Source: Bacteroidota bacterium
GTDB taxonomy: Bacteria; Bacteroidota; Bacteroidia; J057; RFSG01
Length of the DNA stretch: 60,678 nucleotides
Assembly: GCA_947459115.1 (NCBI GenBank)
Contig: CANHCC010000001.1
Coordinates: 1-60,678, forward strand
Direction of reading: 5' to 3'
The notes beneath the pieces are model-generated. The model saw nothing but the letters and a program-made list of their open reading frames with translations. It ran no database searches and had not been told where the DNA came from. Position numbers and translations under genes: made by a program. Shown here piece by piece: positions 17,616-25,111 of the stretch. Position 1 is the first letter of the stretch. Each line of letters begins with the position of its first letter.

Positions 17616-18524
17616 ATGGTAGATATTACACATAAGCCAACAAGTCTTAGAATTGCCGTGGCAGAGGCCTGGGTCAAAGTGGGAACAACTTCAACAATCG
17701 AGGCGATTCGTCAGGGGACAGTGCCCAAAGGTAATGTATTAGATTTTGCAAGAGCTGCAGGATTATTGGGAATTAAGCGCACATCCGATTTGATCCCTGA
17801 TTGTCATCCGGTTCCTGTAGAAAGTGCTAAAATTGATTATTATCTGGAAGAGCAGTCGATACGCATTGTTGTCGAAGTTAAAGCGATTTATAGAACAGGC
17901 ATGGAAGTAGAGGCTATGCATGGTGCCTCCGTGGTTGCGCTCACGCTATATGATATGCTTAAGCCCATTGATAAAAATGTATCTATTGAACACATTCGCC
18001 TGGTGGAAAAGACCGGAGGTAAATCAAATTTGTCTTTACCTCCCACGCCTTTTTCCTGTGCAATCCTTATAATTTCCGATTCGATTTATCACGCAAAAAA
18101 AGAAAATAATGTGGGAGAGGAATTGCAATCATTGATTCGGGGAAAGGGCTTTGATGTTCAGCATACTTATTGTATTCCGGATGATAGTCATCAGATACAA
18201 ACCATTATACAGCAATGCGTCAATTCTGGCGTTGCTTTGATCTTGACAGCCGGAGGAACCGGATTGACCTCCAATGATATAACCCCCGATGTCATAAGGC
18301 CAATGCTTACCCGGGAGATTCCCGGTATGGCAGAATTAATGCGTGCTTACGGAACAGCGCGTACTTTTCAAGCTGTTGTTTCAAGAGGTATTGCAGGATT
18401 TATTGGAAATACCTTAATTGTAACCCTGCCGGGTACAGTATCCGGTGCAATTGATTCATTTCATAGTTTGAAGGATGGCTTAATTCATGTATTAAGCGAG
18501 AGGAATAAAAATGAAAAAAAATGA
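17616..18524 (+). CDS. moaC: Bifunctional cyclic pyranopterin monophosphate synthase (MoaC) fused to a MoaB/Mog-like domain
   Basis: 302 aa. The N-terminal ~150 aa are MoaC-like (DITHK, KGNVL..A..AGI...K.T..LIP.CHP, EVEAM.GASVAALT.YDM.K). The C-terminal ~150 aa carry the MoaB/Mog motif ILTAGGTGLTSNDITPD and LPG. Confidence 0.85.
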   Translation: MVDITHKPTSLRIAVAEAWVKVGTTSTIEAIRQGTVPKGNVLDFARAAGLLGIKRTSDLIPDCHPVPVESAKIDYYLEEQSIRIVVEVKAIYRTGMEVEAMHGASVVALTLYDMLKPIDKNVSIEHIRLVEKTGGKSNLSLPPTPFSCAILIISDSIYHAKKENNVGEELQSLIRGKGFDVQHTYCIPDDSHQIQTIIQQCVNSGVALILTAGGTGLTSNDITPDVIRPMLTREIPGMAELMRAYGTARTFQAVVSRGIAGFIGNTLIVTLPGTVSGAIDSFHSLKDGLIHVLSERNKNEKK

Positions 18525-18565
18525 TTTTTTACTTCGTACAGGATTCTTTTGCGGTTTTGATTTTC

Positions 18566-18979
18566 TTATTGGATTTGTGACATCAACTTTTTCAAATCTT
18601 TTAAATCTTTTTTGCGAATCTGCAATTCCAATGTGCCGGCTTTTTGACCGGGAATATTTTCGAAAGTAGTTAAATCCTTCCCTGCTATATAGAGCAATGC
18701 CACCGGATTAAACCAGGCGGAAGTTAGTTCTGTTTTGAATATGTTTTTGGGATTTATATAAACTCTTTGAATGGCTCCGCTCTCTATTGGCTCCGGGTTG
18801 AAACTGCCTTTTAGCTTTCGTCTGATATAGACGAGCATTTTATTCAAATTGTCCGTTTCAATTTTAAATTCTAATAATAATTGGTCGTTTTCAATCCTCA
18901 TCATGCCGGAGATTCTTACTTCAAAAAGTAGGCTTTCCTGAATCGTGTACCAAAATGGAATAGATAGGGGTGCATTCAT
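18566..18979 (-). CDS. Hypothetical protein
   Basis: 137-aa ORF with no recognisable motif. It is tightly packed next to the dehydrogenase gene (5-nt gap). Confidence 0.5.
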   Translation of the reverse strand: MNAPLSIPFWYTIQESLLFEVRISGMMRIENDQLLLEFKIETDNLNKMLVYIRRKLKGSFNPEPIESGAIQRVYINPKNIFKTELTSAWFNPVALLYIAGKDLTTFENIPGQKAGTLELQIRKKDLKDLKKLMSQIQ

Positions 18980-18984
18980 AAAGA

Positions 18985-19929
18985 TTAAATCGAATAGAAT
19001 TCTTTTAATGCCTGTAATAATCGATTATATATATTGTCAGCGGAAGTATAAGTCCAGCCTCCAATATGTGGGCTAAACAGGATGTTCTCTCTTTGCATCA
19101 GGTTAAGATATAAATCCTTCATCTCATCGGTGATTTTGGCCATGTTTTCTTGTTCAAGAACATCCAGGCCGGCACCTAATATTTTTCCTGAATTTAATAA
19201 ATCGGGCAAATCTTTGGTCAAGATAATTTCGCCACGGGATAAATTCAACAAATAAATAGATTTATCAAACGCTTCAAAAAAGGATTGGCATCCCCAGTGT
19301 CGTGTTTCATTCGTTAAGGGAATATGAAATGACAATACATCCGCGTGTTTCTGTATGGTTTCAACCGTTGATTCCTTGACATAGGCATCGGAATAGTTGC
19401 TTTTATATTTATCATAAGCCAGAATCCTACATCCGGATGCGGCCGCCATTTTGGCAAATGCCTGACCGGTGTGACCATAGCCTATGATGCCTACTGTCAG
19501 GCTACTCAATTCTATTCCCCGATTGGGTTCTCGTTTCCAAATAAATTGTCTTACCTGCTGATCCGCCCGTCTCAGGTTTCGGAGTAAAACCAGTAGATGG
19601 CCCAGTGCCATTTCTCCGACGGCTTGTGCATTTGCACCGGGCGTGCTAATTAATTGTATGCCCCGTTTTTCCAAGGCCTCTTCATCTATATGATCCGTAC
19701 CTACGCCAGCCCTTAATACCAATTTCAATGAATGGGCATTTTGCATTAAATCTTCATCCACTTTCACGGCGCTGTTGAGGATTAATACCTCATATTCCGG
19801 CAGAATATTTTTATAAAAGGTTCTGTCTTGGCCTGTTTCGTAGCGCAATTCTACCCCTAATGTTTCAACTGATCTTCGAAAATGTTCAGGAAAAACATCA
19901 ATCATCAATATTTTAATTCCGCGTTTCAT
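18985..19929 (-). CDS. D-isomer-specific 2-hydroxyacid dehydrogenase (phosphoglycerate dehydrogenase-like)
   Basis: 314 aa. It has the NAD-binding motif GIIGYGHTG and a family-typical catalytic-region pattern (R..., E..., SPHIGG). Confidence 0.8.
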   Translation of the reverse strand: MKRGIKILMIDVFPEHFRRSVETLGVELRYETGQDRTFYKNILPEYEVLILNSAVKVDEDLMQNAHSLKLVLRAGVGTDHIDEEALEKRGIQLISTPGANAQAVGEMALGHLLVLLRNLRRADQQVRQFIWKREPNRGIELSSLTVGIIGYGHTGQAFAKMAAASGCRILAYDKYKSNYSDAYVKESTVETIQKHADVLSFHIPLTNETRHWGCQSFFEAFDKSIYLLNLSRGEIILTKDLPDLLNSGKILGAGLDVLEQENMAKITDEMKDLYLNLMQRENILFSPHIGGWTYTSADNIYNRLLQALKEFYSI

Positions 19930-19958
19930 GAAAGGGAGAAGTCTATGTCTCTTGTTAT

Positions 19959-20729
19959 TTAACGAATGGCTTTGCTCTGCATTTGACCATGAAGCCAGAA
20001 ATATTCCTCCAGTGTAAGGGCTTCTGCCCTCCGCGTCATCAGCACATCGAGTTTATCAGATTGGTTGAACTCTATAGAGGAAAGTGCATTTCTCAGCATT
20101 TTTCGTCTTTGGCCAAAGGCAGTTTTAACCAATCTTAAAAACGATCCAAAACCCAACTCCGGGGGGGTGGGTTTTCTGGTTAAAGTAATGACGGCACTTT
20201 TTACCTTGGGCGGGGGGAAAAAGGCTCCCGGGGGGACGGTCAGGTGATAGTGACAATCAAACCAGGCGGATAGAATGACAGAAAGGATGCCACAGGTCTT
20301 GGTTCCGGGAGGCGCACAAATACGATCTGCTACTTCTTTTTGAATCATGAATACCCCTTGCACGAGATTTTTTCGATAAGCCAATAAATGAAAGAAAATC
20401 GGAGAGGTGATGTTGTAGGGTAGATTCCCAATAACCCGGAATTCTTCTGACTCAGGGAATTTCCATTTTAGGACATCTGTTTCATGAATCTGAAATGCCC
20501 CCGCTTCGTAGTTCTGGTGCAGATACTGAATGGCTTCGGCGTCAATCTCCAATACATGCAGGTTTTTTACTTTAGTCGCAAGCCTTCCGGTGAGAACACC
20601 TTTGCCAGGTCCAATCTCAAAAACAGGTAAATCGGGTATGGTTTGCAGCAAGCCGACAATCTTGTCTGCCGTATGGGGTTCTGTCAGGAAATGCTGCCCC
20701 AGGTTTTTCTTCGGCTTAACATTGAGCAT
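19959..20729 (-). CDS. rsmA: 16S rRNA (adenine1518/1519-N6)-dimethyltransferase
   Basis: 256 aa, with KKNLGQHFL at the N-terminus, the SAM-binding EIGPGKGVLT motif, and GNLPYNI. Confidence 0.92.
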   Translation of the reverse strand: MLNVKPKKNLGQHFLTEPHTADKIVGLLQTIPDLPVFEIGPGKGVLTGRLATKVKNLHVLEIDAEAIQYLHQNYEAGAFQIHETDVLKWKFPESEEFRVIGNLPYNITSPIFFHLLAYRKNLVQGVFMIQKEVADRICAPPGTKTCGILSVILSAWFDCHYHLTVPPGAFFPPPKVKSAVITLTRKPTPPELGFGSFLRLVKTAFGQRRKMLRNALSSIEFNQSDKLDVLMTRRAEALTLEEYFWLHGQMQSKAIR

Positions 20730-20773
20730 ATTTCGTAAATTTACAATCTTAATTTGGATTCACACTTTACCCG

Positions 20774-22213
20774 ATGCAGTTAAAATTTAGCAAATCGTTC
20801 ATCACTCTGCCTGCGCAGTGTTCTTTTATTTTGTGTTCTACCGACACCGTAAATGAGGTTCGTGCTTTTTTGAAGAAATCAGAGATAGACCTGCCTTCCA
20901 CAGCAAAGCCGGGGGACGCAGATCAGAAGACTTTCTTTCACACCAAGGATGCCATGGTTTATATCCTCGGGATAGGCGATGCGTCTGTGTTTTCCGTAGA
21001 GAAATTGCGGAGAAATATTTTTCAGGCAATTAAATGGAGTAATGACCTAAAGCAAAAAAGCCTGAGTATATGGTTTCCGAATTTGGGACAGCGCACAGAT
21101 TGGGGAGAAGCCATAGGTGAGAGCGTAATTTTGAGTAATTATCAGTTTTTGAAATATAAAACCAAAGGAAATGGGCTGAACTCTCTTACATCCGTTACTT
21201 TGGTAACAAATGAAAAAGCAGTTGAGGCCGCTGCTAAAAAGGGGCAAACCATTGCTTTGTCGGTTTGTAAAGCCCGAGACCTGGTGAATGAGCCCGTCAT
21301 TACTCTGACTGCTTCTGAATTGGGGAATCAAGCCAAGACGCTTGCGTCAAAGCATGGATTTAAGGCTGAAGTATGGGACAAGAAACGCATTGAAAAAGAA
21401 AAAATGGGCGGACTCCTCGCTGTGAATTACGGCAGTCCGAATCCTCCGGCATTTATTATTCTGGAGCATAAACCTGCCAAGGCCAAAAATAAACAGCCTG
21501 TTGTGTTTGTCGGTAAAGGGGTTGTGTATGATACCGGGGGCTTAAGTTTGAAGCCAACCCCCAACTCCATGGATTCCATGAAGTCAGATATGGCCGGTGC
21601 GGCGGCCGTCATTGGGGCATTTTGTGCCATTGCGGATTTGAAACTTCCTTATCATGTTATCGGATTAATTCCTGCAACAGATAATCGTCCGGGCGGCAAT
21701 GCTTACACCCCGGGAGATGTGATTCGGATGTATGATGGCAGTACCGTTGAGGTATTAAATACCGATGCAGAAGGTCGGATGATTTTGGCCGATGCTTTGG
21801 CATACGCAAAAAAATATAAGCCCGAAGTAGTTGTGGATCTTGCAACACTCACGGGTGCTGCCGTTGTGGCGGTTGGGCATATTGGTATTGCGATGATGAG
21901 CACCGCTTCTGATGCAGTGGTTCAAAAAATGACTCAGGCAGGCGAAAATACTTATGAAAGGGTTGTGCGCTTTCCGCTGTGGGATGAGTATGATGAACTT
22001 TTGAAAAGCGACATTGCCGATCAGAAAAATATTGGTGGGCCTTATGGAGGCTCTATAACGGCAGCTAAATTCTTACAGCATTTTACAGATTATCCTTGGG
22101 TGCATCTGGACATTGCCGGGCCAGCCTTCTTACCGCATCAAGATTATTACAGAAGTAAAAACGGGACAGGGGTTGGTGTAAGGCTCCTGGTCGATTTCCT
22201 GAGCAGAATATAA
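20774..22213 (+). CDS. pepA: Leucyl aminopeptidase (M17 family)
   Basis: 479 aa, with the M17 signature NTDAEGRMILADAL and VGKGVVYDTGGLSLKP. Confidence 0.9.
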   Translation: MQLKFSKSFITLPAQCSFILCSTDTVNEVRAFLKKSEIDLPSTAKPGDADQKTFFHTKDAMVYILGIGDASVFSVEKLRRNIFQAIKWSNDLKQKSLSIWFPNLGQRTDWGEAIGESVILSNYQFLKYKTKGNGLNSLTSVTLVTNEKAVEAAAKKGQTIALSVCKARDLVNEPVITLTASELGNQAKTLASKHGFKAEVWDKKRIEKEKMGGLLAVNYGSPNPPAFIILEHKPAKAKNKQPVVFVGKGVVYDTGGLSLKPTPNSMDSMKSDMAGAAAVIGAFCAIADLKLPYHVIGLIPATDNRPGGNAYTPGDVIRMYDGSTVEVLNTDAEGRMILADALAYAKKYKPEVVVDLATLTGAAVVAVGHIGIAMMSTASDAVVQKMTQAGENTYERVVRFPLWDEYDELLKSDIADQKNIGGPYGGSITAAKFLQHFTDYPWVHLDIAGPAFLPHQDYYRSKNGTGVGVRLLVDFLSRI

Positions 22214-22219
22214 ACAGAC

Positions 22220-23320
22220 ATGGCAAAAATCAAATCCCATATCAAAATAGGGATCACACTTGGAGATTACAATGGGGTGGGGCCTGAGCTTATTCTCAAA
22301 GTTTTTGAAGATAATCGAATGTTGGGCTTGTGCACACCTGTCCTATACGGCTCCTCCAGGGTGTTGAGTTTTTATCGGAAACTTGGCAGTATAGAGAAGT
22401 TTCAGTTTCAGGTAGTATCAGACGCTACACAAGCCCAGGCGGGACAACTCAGCCTGATAGAATGTTTGCCCCCCGGAGATAAAGATAAGGATCGTGTGGA
22501 ACCGGGTAAGCCTTCCGAAGCCTCGGGTATGGCTGCGTTTCTATGTCTGAAGGCTGCTATGAAAGACCTCAAGGAAGGCAAGATTGATGCAATGGTGACT
22601 TTGCCAATTGATAAATCTACCATCCAAAATACCGAATTTAAATTCCCCGGACATACCGAATTTCTTGCCGCCCAGTTTCAAAATGCAGAAACGGTAATGT
22701 TAATGGTGCATGAAACTCTAAGAGTCGCAACTGTTACAGGGCATTTGCCCTTGAATGATGTGGCCAGTGCATTGACATCCGAAAAGATTCTGAAAAAAAT
22801 ACGGGTACTTCAGCAGTCTTTAAAGGTGGATTTTAATATTCAAAAACCTCAAATGGCAGTGTTGGGATTAAATCCTCATGCCGGCGATAATGGGTTGTTA
22901 GGGAAGGAAGACGCCGAGATCATTCGCCCTGCAATCGAGAAGGCCAAAACAGAAAAGATGTTTGTCAAAGGGCCTTATCCTGCAGATGGTTTCTTTGCTC
23001 ATGGCGCCTATCAGCATGCAGATGCCATTCTGGCCACCTATCATGACCAGGGGCTGGTCCCCTTTAAACTGATCGCCTCCGGTAAAGGGGTGAATTATAC
23101 CGCAGGACTTCCGGTGATTCGTACCTCGCCCGATCATGGTACTGCGTATGACCTGGCCGGAAAGTTTATTGTAGATGAAACGAGCACACGGAATGCCATA
23201 TTCCTGGCTTTGGACATCTTCTCTACCCGGGCTGCAAATTTGGCGCTGGCTTCAGGTGCCCTCAAGGGAAAAGTGCCTGAAGAACTCATGCGGGAAGATG
23301 AAGTAGCCTTGACGGAATAA
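22220..23320 (+). CDS. pdxA: 4-hydroxythreonine-4-phosphate dehydrogenase
   Basis: 366 aa, with PdxA motifs (GITLGDYNGVGPE, GHTEFLA, LNPHAGDNG, HDQGL.PFK, IRTSPDHGTA.D.AG). Confidence 0.9.
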   Translation: MAKIKSHIKIGITLGDYNGVGPELILKVFEDNRMLGLCTPVLYGSSRVLSFYRKLGSIEKFQFQVVSDATQAQAGQLSLIECLPPGDKDKDRVEPGKPSEASGMAAFLCLKAAMKDLKEGKIDAMVTLPIDKSTIQNTEFKFPGHTEFLAAQFQNAETVMLMVHETLRVATVTGHLPLNDVASALTSEKILKKIRVLQQSLKVDFNIQKPQMAVLGLNPHAGDNGLLGKEDAEIIRPAIEKAKTEKMFVKGPYPADGFFAHGAYQHADAILATYHDQGLVPFKLIASGKGVNYTAGLPVIRTSPDHGTAYDLAGKFIVDETSTRNAIFLALDIFSTRAANLALASGALKGKVPEELMREDEVALTE

Positions 23321-23341
23321 TCTTAGCAAACCTCTACAGGG

Positions 23342-24298
23342 ATGGATATTACATTATTGCTTTCTAATATTACGAATCCTACCCTTCTGTTTTTTGTGCT
23401 GGGGGTTTTTGCTGTACGGGTGAAAAGTGATTTGGAAATTCCCCCGTCTTCAGCCAAATTTATTTCGCTCTATCTATTGTTTGCTATTGGGTTTAAAGGT
23501 GGTCAGGAATTATCGCATAGCGCCTTCACGCCGGAAATCTTGTGGTCTCTTCTTTTCGGATTAGCAATTTCCGCCTGCATTCCTGCCTATTCATTTTTTA
23601 TTCTGAAGCGAAGGTTGACGATTTCAGATTCTGCGGCAATTGCTGCGGCTTATGGCTCGGTCAGCGCAGTAACTTTTGTAGCGGCTTCCTCTTTTTTGGA
23701 GGCGCGTCAGTTGAATTTTGGTGGGCACATGGTAGCTGTTATGGCTTTCATGGAAACGCCGGCTATTATTGTTGGGATGTTGATGTTGAAACTCTATGAA
23801 TCAGATTCCAATGTCTCTTTTCGGCAGACGGCTCATCATTCCTTTACCAACGGAAGTGTCTTGTTGATTTTGGGCAGTCTGGTGATTGGCTTGATTGCGG
23901 ATGAAAAACAGGCGGAAGGTATTAAGCCCTTCACAACAGATATTTTCAAAGGGTTTCTGGCTATTTTTCTTTTAGAAATGGGCATGGTAAGCGGTCGGAA
24001 CCTGGCCTCTTTTTTTAAATATGGCTGGTTTGCTCCGGTTTTTGCTGCGCTGATGCCTTTAGTTAATGGATGTCTCGTGGCATTTATTTCCGGCTCAGTG
24101 ACCCAAGAGGCCGGAAATCGTCTCATGTTTGCCGTCCTTGCGGCAAGTGCCTCTTACATTGCGGTTCCTGCTGCCATGAAAATGGCTGCGCCTAAAGCAG
24201 ATCCCGGATTGTATATCCCCATGGCGCTTGCCGTGACCTTTCCTTTGAATATTACGGTGGGCATGCCCTTGTACTTATGGGTTGTAGGGATGAGTTAA
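23342..24298 (+). CDS. Sodium-dependent bicarbonate transport (SbtA-like) family permease
   Basis: 318 aa and polytopic. The N-terminal pattern NP.LLFFVLG......KSDLEIP......ISLYLL.AIG.KGG.EL resembles the SbtA family as I recall it. No HMM was run. Confidence 0.55.
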   Translation: MDITLLLSNITNPTLLFFVLGVFAVRVKSDLEIPPSSAKFISLYLLFAIGFKGGQELSHSAFTPEILWSLLFGLAISACIPAYSFFILKRRLTISDSAAIAAAYGSVSAVTFVAASSFLEARQLNFGGHMVAVMAFMETPAIIVGMLMLKLYESDSNVSFRQTAHHSFTNGSVLLILGSLVIGLIADEKQAEGIKPFTTDIFKGFLAIFLLEMGMVSGRNLASFFKYGWFAPVFAALMPLVNGCLVAFISGSVTQEAGNRLMFAVLAASASYIAVPAAMKMAAPKADPGLYIPMALAVTFPLNITVGMPLYLWVVGMS

Positions 24299-24304
24299 GG
24301 TGAC

Positions 24305-24384
24305 GGTAAGTTACTTACCCCCCTTGGTAAGTTACTTACCCCCCTTGGTAAGTTACTTACCCCCCCCTTGGTAAGTTACTTACC
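24305..24384 (+). repeat. Tandem array A: 4 copies of the near-palindromic 15-mer GGTAAGTTACTTACC separated by C-rich spacers (CCCCTT, CCCCTT, CCCCCCTT)
   Basis: Read directly. Units start at 24305, 24326, 24347 and 24370 (periods 21, 21, 23 nt). The arms GGTAAGT and ACTTACC are reverse complements around a central T. The array lies between the sbtA-like stop (24298) and the lipoprotein ATG (24403). Confidence 0.95.
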
Positions 24385-24402
24385 TTTCTTAATTTTATAT
24401 GC

Positions 24403-25098
24403 ATGAAACTCATCCTATTCTCCCTTTGCTTTTCCTTCTTCCTCTCCTGCACACAGTCCCCTTCCTCGGAGGATTCAATAAATGTTCCCAGCCCATCCGG
24501 GCTGGAAATCCAGGAACAGGTCCTTAAGGAAGGATTTAGTCCATACAAGGTTCAAATCCCCGATAGAGATACTTTCGTCTTCATTCAGCAGTGGGATGCT
24601 TGCAAAGATTTTGCAGCCTGTCAGCTGAAAGACCTGACTTCCGGTCAAAAAAAACATATTCAAATTATTGATAAAAAACAGGAGGCGATGTTGCGCCTGT
24701 TCGGGTTGGGGGCTTTAGTCCTGGGGAAGAAAGACAAGGTGATGATTATTGACTATACGGAATATAAAGACCTTCAATGCGAAGGGGTCTCCGAGCCAAT
24801 TCGCAAGGGCGTTGGTGTCAGGGCCGCTATCTTTATTCGAAATTCAGATTCTAAACTCCAGCTTACTTCTCCTGCACAGGTTGCTGCTGCGGTTGAGCTT
24901 GGTCAACTTCAGGCTGAACTGACCCTGCATGTGTTTGGTTTTAAAAATGAAATCAGTCGTAAAGTGCTGGAGGAATTTGGAAAGTCAGGGTCAGTATTTA
25001 ATGTAGATGCCTATCTGGCCCTGCATAATCAGGTAGGAAAAATAATGGAATCCATGCAGGATACTATGAGGGTAGAGCCGGTTAGAATTCCTATGTAA
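24403..25098 (+). CDS. Hypothetical lipoprotein
   Basis: 231 aa. The signal peptide has a lipobox (MKLILFSLCFSFFLSC-TQS). I recognise no other family motif. Confidence 0.6.
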   Translation: MKLILFSLCFSFFLSCTQSPSSEDSINVPSPSGLEIQEQVLKEGFSPYKVQIPDRDTFVFIQQWDACKDFAACQLKDLTSGQKKHIQIIDKKQEAMLRLFGLGALVLGKKDKVMIIDYTEYKDLQCEGVSEPIRKGVGVRAAIFIRNSDSKLQLTSPAQVAAAVELGQLQAELTLHVFGFKNEISRKVLEEFGKSGSVFNVDAYLALHNQVGKIMESMQDTMRVEPVRIPM

Positions 25099-25111
25099 GG
25101 TTAAGGCAGAT

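Noticed and set aside
20150-20235. G6-G7 runs on the plus strand inside rsmA as possible slippage tracts.
   Set aside because: They encode Pro-rich conserved segments (PPGAFFPPPKV, TPPELGF) of an intact, full-length housekeeping gene. There is no frame disruption.
24305-24384. Possibility that arrays A and B (24305-24384 and 44821-44985) are CRISPR arrays.
   Set aside because: Repeats are only 15 nt and spacers only 3-8 nt, there are no cas genes, and the periodicity is 18-23 nt. None of this is compatible with CRISPR architecture.
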